Of a stretch of 64,000 nt of DNA, positions 9,252-17,673 are shown piece after piece. The translations under genes and the position numbers were made by a program. Origin of the DNA: a bacterium (GTDB taxonomy: Bacteria; Patescibacteriota; Microgenomatia; Curtissbacterales; GWA2-41-24); assembly GCA_021813945.1 (NCBI GenBank), contig JAKAJD010000001.1, positions 496,412 through 560,411 of the forward strand. The letters run 5' to 3'. Under the pieces are notes generated by a model that was not told the DNA's origin, ran no database searches, and saw only the letters and a list, made by a program, of their open reading frames with translations. The stretch's first letter is position 1. Each line of letters starts with the position of its first letter.

Positions 9252-9819
9252 AAACCTTAAGCAAATCCTAAAATTCGTCGAAGAAGCAGAAAAGCTAAAA
9301 TCTTTGATGCGCCATTCGTGGCTTTCAACCGGCCGCCGCGAAAGCGTTGCCGAGCATTCCTGGCGCGCCGCGCTTTTTGCAATTGCCTTATGGGGCGAAA
9401 TAGGAAAAAAAGTCGACGTGGGAAAAGTTGTGATGCTATTAACAGTCCACGACATTGCCGAAATTTACGCAGGAGATCCCTGGGCCTGGAAAGGAAAACC
9501 TAAAGATAAAAAGCAAAAAGAGCAAAAAGCCATCAAAAAACTCGTAAAACTTCTGCCTGCAAAACAGGCAAAACTCATCTCTTCTCTTTGGAAAGAATAC
9601 GAAGACAGAAAAACTGAAGAAGCTAAATTCGCAAAAGCAATCGATAAACTGGAAACCCTAAACCAGCATAATCTTGCAGACCTCAAAACCTGGACAAAAG
9701 AGGAGTATGCCTATAACCTTGTCCACGGCACCGAAGAAGTTAAATTTTCCAAAACGCTTTCTCAGCTAAAAGTCCTAATCGACAAACAAACCCGCGCAAA
9801 AATCGCCAAAAAACTGTAA
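9232..9819 (+). CDS. HD-domain 5'-deoxynucleotidase-like protein
   Basis: RESVAEHSWR, VHDIAE..GD, EAKFAKAIDKLE. Confidence 0.88.
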   Translation: MAPKSDKNLKQILKFVEEAEKLKSLMRHSWLSTGRRESVAEHSWRAALFAIALWGEIGKKVDVGKVVMLLTVHDIAEIYAGDPWAWKGKPKDKKQKEQKAIKKLVKLLPAKQAKLISSLWKEYEDRKTEEAKFAKAIDKLETLNQHNLADLKTWTKEEYAYNLVHGTEEVKFSKTLSQLKVLIDKQTRAKIAKKL

Positions 9820-9828
9820 AATCAAAAA

Positions 9829-10068
9829 ATGCACTGGCAAGACTGGGTTTTTTCTATCGGAAACTGGATCTTTAGCATTGCCCTCATTCCTGCAATATTA
9901 GACAAAGAAAAACCTCCTGTTTCAACAAGCCTAATGAACACAATTGTCTTATTTGTCATGTCGTTTACTTTCTCAACCCTATCACTTTGGTTAAGTGCTT
10001 TTTCGATAGGAATTAACGGAATATTGTGGTTAATCCTCGCAATTCAAAGGTCCAGACAACAGAAATGA
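9829..10068 (+). CDS. Small 3-TM membrane protein (PQ-loop/SemiSWEET-like)
   Basis: Three hydrophobic segments; ALIP motif after TM1. Confidence 0.6.
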   Translation: MHWQDWVFSIGNWIFSIALIPAILDKEKPPVSTSLMNTIVLFVMSFTFSTLSLWLSAFSIGINGILWLILAIQRSRQQK

Positions 10069-10745
10069 TCAAGCTCGTTGCATTCGACTGGAACGGCACT
10101 TTAATTGCCGACTCAAAAGCAATCGTAGACAGTTGCAATATAGAACTAAAAGAAGTTTATAAAGCAGGGCCCATAACCCTCAAGACCTATCGAGAAGTCT
10201 TCGATATACCGATAAATCAATTTCTTGCCAACCTTGGTATATCCCCACAGTTAGTAGCGGAAAGATCTAAAGAAGCGGCTGATGTGTTTCATAAGGTTTA
10301 CGAAAAGAAAGTACAACGATGCCGAACCAGAAAAAACGTTAAGAAAATTCTTAAATGGCTCCAAGAAAATAAGATAAAGTCGGTAATTGTCAGCAATCAC
10401 GACCAGAATCGGATAAAAGAGCAAGCTAAACGTTTAAAGATTGACAGCTTCATAAATCAAATTTGCGGAAACGATCATATCTATGCCCCATTCACCATAA
10501 AAGGCAAAGAAAAAAGGCTGATTGATTATCTCAAGAAGAACAAAATTGAATCTGACGAAGTCCTATTAATTGGTGATGCAAAGGAGGATATAGAAATAGG
10601 AAAAGACATGGGCGCAACCACAATCGCTCTATTAAATGGCCAGTGTTCCACCCAACGTCTTAAAGCCGCCCGTCCAGACTATTTAATCAATAATTTAGAA
10701 GAATTCATTGGAATTATTAAGAAGTTAAACGCGCCTCTCTCCTAA
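10065..10745 (+). CDS. HAD-family hydrolase (start ATG 10065)
   Basis: FDWNGTL, VSN, IGD...D motifs; ATGA coupling to the upstream gene. Confidence 0.88.
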   Translation: MIKLVAFDWNGTLIADSKAIVDSCNIELKEVYKAGPITLKTYREVFDIPINQFLANLGISPQLVAERSKEAADVFHKVYEKKVQRCRTRKNVKKILKWLQENKIKSVIVSNHDQNRIKEQAKRLKIDSFINQICGNDHIYAPFTIKGKEKRLIDYLKKNKIESDEVLLIGDAKEDIEIGKDMGATTIALLNGQCSTQRLKAARPDYLINNLEEFIGIIKKLNAPLS

Positions 10746-11039
10746 ACTTACGTGGCTAAATTCTACTGTCCGACCCCAACTTTTACGTACCCTAATATCA
10801 GCTGCATTAATCTGGGATCCAAAGTGACGCTTGGAGCTACCCTGGCCGCCAATTCTCCTTTCCCTGTCACATAGAACATTAGTCGATTCTACAGTAACAA
10901 CTCTGTCCCCTAGCTCGCGCTCCGCTAAAATCTCCTCATACCCAGGTTCCAAAATTGTACTTATCTTTAAAGGGCCTAGCCTCAACGTTCTTCTAACTGG
11001 CACGGAAAAATTATACTTTGCAAATTTGAAAACAGTCAA
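10725..11039 (-). CDS. Hypothetical protein
   Basis: 104-aa ORF following the lipoprotein gene. Confidence 0.4.
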   Translation of the reverse strand: MTVFKFAKYNFSVPVRRTLRLGPLKISTILEPGYEEILAERELGDRVVTVESTNVLCDRERRIGGQGSSKRHFGSQINAADIRVRKSWGRTVEFSHVSLGERRV

Positions 11040-11052
11040 TTCCAGAAGAAAA

Positions 11053-12486
11053 CTAAGCCGCGATCTGGTCGCTTGAAGGTTCCTCGTCGGCTTCAGTCAA
11101 AATAACTTCTCCAGTTTTTTTAGACCGCAAAACAAAATAATAACCGCTATTGTCACCGGTTCTGTCAAATTCGTCTCTGGCTCTTTTAAAGGTTGCAATT
11201 ACCTCTTCGTCCGCACCGTACTCACTAGCCGGTTCTTTTTGGTCGGCCATCAGAAAATTATGGGAAGCCTCGTGACGAATTCGCACCCCTGGCCAATCTG
11301 GATCTAGAATATATGTGTCCTGCGCTTCATTTATATAACTTCTTCTGCCAATATCATTAGGGCCTGGAAGAGCCTGGAGGTCAGACAAAGCAACATCACT
11401 ACCCTCTGCTCGATTTACAAAATTATCAACAACAGTCTCGCCTTTTTTGTCAAAATAAATCCTCAAATAATCCCGACTTTTGGGAGGTTCTCCCATGGCA
11501 ACAAATATAACCGCCGGACTTGTCATATTACCTTTATCATCGTAAGTATCCTGATGATACTGGCCTAGAACAGTCTGGTGGTCTTTGCTTTTAAGTTGCG
11601 CAGAACGAATGCTGACATCTAAAAGCTCTTTGGCACTCATAAGATGCTGGGTATGATATATAAATGTTTTTAAATCCAAAATAGAAAGATAGTATTCTTC
11701 GGAACCGTAATCTTTTAACGATTTGCGGTTAAGATCAATCTCAGAGTTGTATCCTTTTACCATCTTTTCCCTCAAACCTTCTACGTCAACATCTTCATAT
11801 GGCGCAGCAAGTTCCCTAACAGAATTAAACTTCGGATCTTTTAGGTAATGTCTGGAAACAACTTCTTCGTCGATCATCACGAAAATAAGCTTACGCTTTC
11901 CATCTTTATAACCCGATAGCAGCTCACCATCTCTAAACGCACCTTCCCGGATATGCAGCTCTGTATAATCCGACTGGATAATTTCGATCCCGCGCTTCTT
12001 AAGCTCGGCATCAGTTAAAGTATCTTTCGGTAAATACGCTTCAACGGGGTGTTTCTCAGAAAAATCGGCAGGTGTCGTAGTGATATTTAAATGCTCAACA
12101 TCCACTCGAAACATCTTAAAGACTTCCTCTTCACCATTTATTCGTGCCAGATCTCTGGCTTTTCTTGCCTCATCCACATTGAAATTTACAATAACTCCAT
12201 CCTGGCCTAGGTAAGCTTCGGGTAAACCTTCTGAATTCAGATAGACCTGCGCTCCGTCTAGATCTATAACTCTTTCTTTGGAGGGTTTAATATCAACAGG
12301 TGTTGGAAGCTCAACAGGCAACGTAGCACTTGGAACAGCTTTATCCCTTCCAAGAGCAATTCCACCACACGCCGAACTGGCCGCAGCTAGTGCACCAAGT
12401 CTTCCGATAGAGCCTAAAAAAGCCCGCCTGGAAACAGTTTTTCCTAAAAAATTAGAACCGACCTGCGGTTCATTTTCTTTTTGCAT
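11053..12486 (-). CDS. Putative lipoprotein with twin-arginine-like signal and HExxH motif
   Basis: SRRAFL, ASSAC lipobox-like, RHEASH near the C-terminus. Confidence 0.7.
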   Translation of the reverse strand: MQKENEPQVGSNFLGKTVSRRAFLGSIGRLGALAAASSACGGIALGRDKAVPSATLPVELPTPVDIKPSKERVIDLDGAQVYLNSEGLPEAYLGQDGVIVNFNVDEARKARDLARINGEEEVFKMFRVDVEHLNITTTPADFSEKHPVEAYLPKDTLTDAELKKRGIEIIQSDYTELHIREGAFRDGELLSGYKDGKRKLIFVMIDEEVVSRHYLKDPKFNSVRELAAPYEDVDVEGLREKMVKGYNSEIDLNRKSLKDYGSEEYYLSILDLKTFIYHTQHLMSAKELLDVSIRSAQLKSKDHQTVLGQYHQDTYDDKGNMTSPAVIFVAMGEPPKSRDYLRIYFDKKGETVVDNFVNRAEGSDVALSDLQALPGPNDIGRRSYINEAQDTYILDPDWPGVRIRHEASHNFLMADQKEPASEYGADEEVIATFKRARDEFDRTGDNSGYYFVLRSKKTGEVILTEADEEPSSDQIAA

Positions 12487-12498
12487 ATTTACCGGAAA

Positions 12499-12527
12499 AT
12501 TATACCAAACCCAATCTACAGTGTCAA
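12499..12527 (-). promoter_or_regulatory. Consensus sigma70 promoter
   Basis: TTGACA-17 nt-TATAAT, ending 12 nt before the ATG at 12486. Confidence 0.85.
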
Positions 12528-12549
12528 ACTATAGGACATGATAATTCCT

Positions 12550-12585
12550 TTTGATACTTTTGATACCCTTGATACGTTTGATACA
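12550..12585. repeat. 9-bp tandem repeat x4
   Basis: ttgatac at 12551, 12560, 12569 and 12578. Confidence 0.8.
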
Positions 12586-12590
12586 TTTTT

Positions 12591-13673
12591 TTACACTCCC
12601 CAAATCCCGCTCCCGTAATTTTTAACAAAACCCGTAAGTTCCATCAAAGATAGTGCTGCAGATACTTTTTCTATCGGCAATTTAACTTCCTTGGCAATTG
12701 CATCAACGTGCTTCGTTCCCCCATCCAAAACCGCCAATATCCTCGCCTGATCCTTGTCTTTTGGCTTTTGGTTCCTGGTCTCTGGTAACTGGTCTCTTTT
12801 CCTGCTAATGTCCAGTACCTCCAAAATGTCATCAGCAACTGTCGCCACATGCACCCCGTCTTTTATCAGATTATTCGTACCCTCAGAAGTCTTGGAAGTC
12901 ACCGGCCCGGGCACTGCAAACACTTCCCTGCCTTGCTCTGCCGCATAACCTGCGGTAATCAAAGACCCACTGTCAACCGCAGCTTCCGTAACCAAAACGC
13001 CAAGTGATAAACCGGAAATGATGCGGTTTCTGGCTGTAAAATTGTTCGGCAAGGCAGGGAACCCAAGCGGAAATTCGGAAATCAACGCCCCATTTTTTAC
13101 AATTTCTTCGGCAAGTTTCCTATTTTCCGGCGGATAAATACTATCAATACCCGATCCTAAAACCGCAATCGTCCGGCCGCCGCTATCAAGTGCCATTCTA
13201 TGGGCAACCGCATCTATTCCCCGCGCAAGACCACTAACTATCGTCAGCCCATTCTTTGCCAGGTCAAACACTAACCTTTCCGTTATCTGCCTGCCGTAGA
13301 TCGTCGCGTTGCGGCTACCAACAACCGCAACCGCTAAATCATCCGCAGGCAGTAAATTCCCGCGGAAATACAAAACCGCCGGGCATGCTTCCAGTTGCCG
13401 CAAATTCGCAGGATACTCCCTGTCTATTTTGGCAACGACTTTAATGCCCATTGCGTAAACCTTCTCCAGATAAATTTTCGGGTCAACTTTGTTGCGGAAA
13501 TCAATTATCGACGCCTTAGTTTTAACATCAATCTTAAGCGTTTGAATTTCACTATCCGCCGCCTCCCAAAATTTTTTTAACGATTTGAATTTTTTATGAA
13601 GATAAGAAAAAGTCTGCGACCCAACTCCCGGAATCGCCGAAGTCGCCACCCAATAAGCCAACTCACGGTTCAT
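12591..13673 (-). CDS. dprA: DNA-processing protein DprA
   Basis: VAVVGSR, SGLARGID, RNRIISGLS, SGSLITA, C-terminal winged helix. Confidence 0.97.
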   Translation of the reverse strand: MNRELAYWVATSAIPGVGSQTFSYLHKKFKSLKKFWEAADSEIQTLKIDVKTKASIIDFRNKVDPKIYLEKVYAMGIKVVAKIDREYPANLRQLEACPAVLYFRGNLLPADDLAVAVVGSRNATIYGRQITERLVFDLAKNGLTIVSGLARGIDAVAHRMALDSGGRTIAVLGSGIDSIYPPENRKLAEEIVKNGALISEFPLGFPALPNNFTARNRIISGLSLGVLVTEAAVDSGSLITAGYAAEQGREVFAVPGPVTSKTSEGTNNLIKDGVHVATVADDILEVLDISRKRDQLPETRNQKPKDKDQARILAVLDGGTKHVDAIAKEVKLPIEKVSAALSLMELTGFVKNYGSGIWGV

Positions 13674-13711
13674 ATCCTAATGATATAATAAACACAATCT
13701 GCCCATAACAA

Positions 13712-14368
13712 ATGGCAGGCCTCGCAGAATTCTTCTACAACATTATCCCCGGTGCTCTTTTCCAAATTGCGCTGGTAATAACCTTTTTCTATACAAAAAC
13801 ACAAAATATAGACTTTTCAAGGATTGAAAATGGCACAGCTGCCATAATAATCGCTTTATTCGTAATTACGTCACTATTTTTAGGCTTCAGCTTTCAAATG
13901 ATAAATAGCTTAGTACCCTGGTTAAACAAAATAAAAACCATAAAAGAAAACGAGAGAAAAAATAAAGAAAATTATGAAAAAGCCCGTAAAATTGTAAAAA
14001 GTCTCGGTGCTAATATTAAAAGTGACGAAGATGATAATGAATTCGAGTGGCTTTTACAGTTACATCACTTCATGGACGATTACCTCAGATTCAAGAATAC
14101 AAGCGATCTTCACAAATTTTTTCATTTTAGAATATCTCTCTGGGCCAACATAACATCAGCAAGCGCTCTTTACGCTTACATAGTACTCATTTTACTGACA
14201 GCGAATGTAATACTTGGAAAACAAAATATCTACTGCTTCCTTTTCCTGATAAGCGCAATAGTCGCAACAGCTTCATACCATGCAACTAAAAAGAGCCAAG
14301 AAATATTTTGTGATTTTGTTCTAAAAACTTTCCTAATGGCTACAAGCGAAAAACTTAAGCCTCATTAA
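13712..14368 (+). CDS. Hypothetical membrane protein
   Basis: Four hydrophobic segments; AT-rich. Confidence 0.7.
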   Translation: MAGLAEFFYNIIPGALFQIALVITFFYTKTQNIDFSRIENGTAAIIIALFVITSLFLGFSFQMINSLVPWLNKIKTIKENERKNKENYEKARKIVKSLGANIKSDEDDNEFEWLLQLHHFMDDYLRFKNTSDLHKFFHFRISLWANITSASALYAYIVLILLTANVILGKQNIYCFLFLISAIVATASYHATKKSQEIFCDFVLKTFLMATSEKLKPH

Positions 14369-14380
14369 TAGCGTGATTTT

Positions 14381-14881
14381 TTAATTTCCCCGCTTCTCTT
14401 CTTCGCGTTGTTTTTTTAATTCTATTGCGGTTTGCATAATTTCCCCTAACTGCCTTGTTGCTTCAAGCCTAAGCCTTAAGGCAAGCAGTGGTGACTTAAC
14501 CGGGGTAAACCGTGTACTAAATTGCTGATAATCTAGCCGACTCCTATTGAGTCCGGATCTCTGCCTCTGTGTTGTGTAAATCCCCCTTCTTTCGGCTGTA
14601 ACTATCGCAAAAGTTCCGTCATCGTGGGGAATAAGAAGCCCGTGACCTGTCTTCGGCACCTGACCCAAATCCAGCGCTTCAACTGGAGTGGTTTTTGCTT
14701 TTCTGGACCCTAATTGACCCGGATCTACAAAATGCTCTTTTGGAATACAGCCCATTTCCCTTGCTTCGGCTAACATCAGAACAAGCAATTTATCTGCTCT
14801 TGTAACTTGCTCAGCAACGCCCTTCCAAATCTTTGATCTTTCCGATTCAAATTGTCTCAATCTCTGTTCCGCTCGCTCCAT
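14381..14881 (-). CDS. Hypothetical protein
   Basis: 166-aa ORF co-oriented with its neighbours. Confidence 0.65.
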   Translation of the reverse strand: MERAEQRLRQFESERSKIWKGVAEQVTRADKLLVLMLAEAREMGCIPKEHFVDPGQLGSRKAKTTPVEALDLGQVPKTGHGLLIPHDDGTFAIVTAERRGIYTTQRQRSGLNRSRLDYQQFSTRFTPVKSPLLALRLRLEATRQLGEIMQTAIELKKQREEEKRGN

Positions 14882-14896
14882 AAAAACGTTTTGAAA

Positions 14897-15214
14897 TTAA
14901 AGTCTCTCTTCAATTCTTTCAGAAACAGAAGTACCGTGGATTGCATCATATGCCCTGGCTGCCTCAAGTGCATCCATAACCGTACCCTGCCTGCTATAAA
15001 CAATAAGACCGAAAACAGCATCAGCCTCACTTTTTACCCTTCCTTCAATATTCATTGCATCACACTCTTGGGAGATTGCAGTCGCAACAGCTTCTGGTGT
15101 TGGGACTGCCACGGCACCTAAAGCGTATAGATGTCCGGCAAAATCTTCTAAACCTTCTCGAAGCGCTCTTTCTGACATGGGAAAAAATATATTCTTATTG
15201 TGGATTTTTGTCAA
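14897..15214 (-). CDS. Hypothetical protein, paralogue of the C-terminal half of 15229..15954
   Basis: Shared AARxYDAIxxTS motif. Confidence 0.65.
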   Translation of the reverse strand: MTKIHNKNIFFPMSERALREGLEDFAGHLYALGAVAVPTPEAVATAISQECDAMNIEGRVKSEADAVFGLIVYSRQGTVMDALEAARAYDAIHGTSVSERIEERL

Positions 15215-15228
15215 ACAATCTTTGCATT

Positions 15229-15954
15229 TTAAGCTACCTTTTTTCTACTGCTAGCATTACGCTTGCTAATCGTTCGAAGCCTCGAAATTTCCTTAAGAAA
15301 AAAGTCCCGTAATGCAATGCAACGACTTTTTGCATGAACTCTTTCCGTGACTATTGGCAAAATAGAAGTATCATTTATGGCATCGTACAGTCTGGCTGCA
15401 GTCATTGCGTTTACTAACATACCTTTTGGGTTATTTACAATAAGGCTTGCAGCAGCATCTTCCCGCGAATAATTATCATCCAATTTCATAACGCGCAACT
15501 GGTCACTTACCGCAGCCTCTACCGCATCCATTGACTGGTCTTGGATAATTCCCATATCACTAAAGGTCGAAGCAAGGCGGCTCCCCGTTGCTCTCAAGTC
15601 AAAAAGTTTGTCTAGGGCTGAGTCTGCAAAATCGTACATCATGTTCCAGGCAGGACCGCCACCTTTTTTATCTGCGCTTTCACGAACAGCTTTGAGCAAT
15701 TCTCTTCTCTGTTCATCATTATTTCCTCCATCTAAAGGCTCAATACAGTCTACGTAGGGCATCTCTATAGATTTATTTATTATTCTTTCTGCACCGCCGC
15801 GCTTATATTCCAGCAAATCCACAGTTGCTAAAACGGAAACGACCATTTTGACGTAAGCCTCTCTCCTTAGTTCGTATACCGTTTTACCCGTGGAAGGCTT
15901 AGTGGTCTCTGTAGCATCAGTTTGAGCCACAGGGCTTGAATCAAACTCAATCAT
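15229..15954 (-). CDS. Hypothetical protein
   Basis: 241-aa ORF. Confidence 0.7.
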   Translation of the reverse strand: MIEFDSSPVAQTDATETTKPSTGKTVYELRREAYVKMVVSVLATVDLLEYKRGGAERIINKSIEMPYVDCIEPLDGGNNDEQRRELLKAVRESADKKGGGPAWNMMYDFADSALDKLFDLRATGSRLASTFSDMGIIQDQSMDAVEAAVSDQLRVMKLDDNYSREDAAASLIVNNPKGMLVNAMTAARLYDAINDTSILPIVTERVHAKSRCIALRDFFLKEISRLRTISKRNASSRKKVA

Positions 15955-15977
15955 AACTGGGATTTATACAATAAAGC

Positions 15978-16538
15978 TCAAACTTTTTCAAACATTTCCG
16001 CTTCGAGCTTCGCCCGGCCGGCAATAAACTTGGCGGCAAGCTTTGCCTGCTCGCGGCGAAATGCTAGAGATGTCATAAGAGCGTTTTTGTTAAGTTCTAA
16101 AACCAGCTTTTCCAGGCTTTGGGCGTCAAATGCCAAAGCCACGCTTTTGTAGTTTTTAACTGCAGCGCGAATTAAAGCCTGCCCGCCGATGTCCATAGAT
16201 TCCGGAAAAGTTTCGGCATTTGGGGCATATAAATCGACAACCACAAGGTCAAACGGTTCCAGGTTTTCGCTTTTTAACTGGGTCGAATGGTCCGCATTTT
16301 CCCTATCTGCCAAAATTCGCACAAAATTTGCCCGGTCTAAACTTTTAACTCGCCCGCTGTAGTCAAAACCGCGCAAAACCGATTCGGCCTTAAAGCCTTT
16401 TTCGCGAACATAATTGGCGGTTCCTTCGGTTCCCCAAAACTTTGTCCTTTGCTTGTCCAAAACTCCCAAAAGACCATCGAGAATACTTTTTTCAAAAACC
16501 GCCGCAAAAACGTTATTTACCTCAATTAAACCTTCCAT
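15978..16538 (-). CDS. purH: Stand-alone IMP cyclohydrolase/MGS-like domain (PurH N-terminal half)
   Basis: GTEGTA, GRVKSL, DLVVVDLY, MDIGGQALIRAAVKNY. Confidence 0.85.
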   Translation of the reverse strand: MEGLIEVNNVFAAVFEKSILDGLLGVLDKQRTKFWGTEGTANYVREKGFKAESVLRGFDYSGRVKSLDRANFVRILADRENADHSTQLKSENLEPFDLVVVDLYAPNAETFPESMDIGGQALIRAAVKNYKSVALAFDAQSLEKLVLELNKNALMTSLAFRREQAKLAAKFIAGRAKLEAEMFEKV

Positions 16539-16658
16539 GAAATTTTTAGTTTTTAATTTTCAATTTTTAAAGAAATCTTAATTTCTTAATTTTAAAACAT
16601 TTTGACATTATTAAATTTATTTCAAATTGAAAATTTCGAATTTCAAATTTCTCTTACT

Positions 16659-17627
16659 TTAGTGCTTAAAGTGCCTCACTCCCGTAAACACCATTGTTAT
16701 ACCATGCTTTTTTGAAGCGGCAATAACTGCTTCGTCATTTATAGACCCGCCCGGCTGGATAATTGCCGAAATTCCGGCTTTAGCTGCTAGTTCCACATTG
16801 TCCGGAAACGGAAAAAACGCATCGCTTGCCATAACTGCCCCTGCAGTTTTGTCCTTGGTAACTGACCAGTTTCTGCCCTCCGGCTTCCTGCCTTGTGCTT
16901 GGTGAAGGGCAAGCATTGTTGAATTAACCCTGTTCGGCTGTCCGGTGCCCATTCCAAGCATATTTTCGCCCCGGGCCAAAACTATTGCGTTGCTTTTGAC
17001 ATGCTTTACAACTTTCCAGGCAAATTCCAAATCTGCTTCAGTCTTTTTGTCTGGTGATTTCCCGCAAACGACTTTCCAAGTTTTTGGTGATTCGTCAATT
17101 TCATCTGCAGTCTGGACCAGATAACCGCCAAAAGCACGCGTAAATTCCAAAAGTTTTGCAGGCTTGTCGGCTTTGACAACACGCATTTTGGCGCTTCGCT
17201 TTTTTAATCTTTCCAAAATCGGTTCCGAAAATTTTGGCGCTACCATTAGTTCAAAAAATTTGCCCTTCATGGCCTCGATCATGTCCAAAGTTGGCTCACA
17301 ATTTAGGGCAACGATTCCTCCAAATGCGCTGACCGGATCCGCAGCAAAAGCAGTATTAAAAGCACGGGTTAAATCCTCGTCCGAGGTAATTCCGCTGGGA
17401 TTTGCGTGTTTAATGATAGCTACAGTCGGGCGAGTAAATTCCAAAACGAGTTTCCAGGCCTGGTTGGCATCACCGATATTGTTATGCGAAAGCTCAATTC
17501 CCCAAAGCTGCTCAAAACCCGGCTTCCCGTCACCTAGGTAAAACGCGCTTCTCTGGTGGGGGTTTTCACCATATCGTAAATCCTTGAGTTTCTTGAGGTT
17601 TATTTTTAGGTCTTTTGATAACTGCAT
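16659..17627 (-). CDS. purH: AICAR transformylase domain (PurH C-terminal half)
   Basis: LRYGENPHQ, KHANPSG, KSNAIV, ASDAFFPF, IIQPGGS, RHFKH. Confidence 0.93.
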   Translation of the reverse strand: MQLSKDLKINLKKLKDLRYGENPHQRSAFYLGDGKPGFEQLWGIELSHNNIGDANQAWKLVLEFTRPTVAIIKHANPSGITSDEDLTRAFNTAFAADPVSAFGGIVALNCEPTLDMIEAMKGKFFELMVAPKFSEPILERLKKRSAKMRVVKADKPAKLLEFTRAFGGYLVQTADEIDESPKTWKVVCGKSPDKKTEADLEFAWKVVKHVKSNAIVLARGENMLGMGTGQPNRVNSTMLALHQAQGRKPEGRNWSVTKDKTAGAVMASDAFFPFPDNVELAAKAGISAIIQPGGSINDEAVIAASKKHGITMVFTGVRHFKH

Positions 17628-17673
17628 TAAAGTTTTGAATTTTTACTTTAACTTTTGCGTTTTGATTTTTGAC

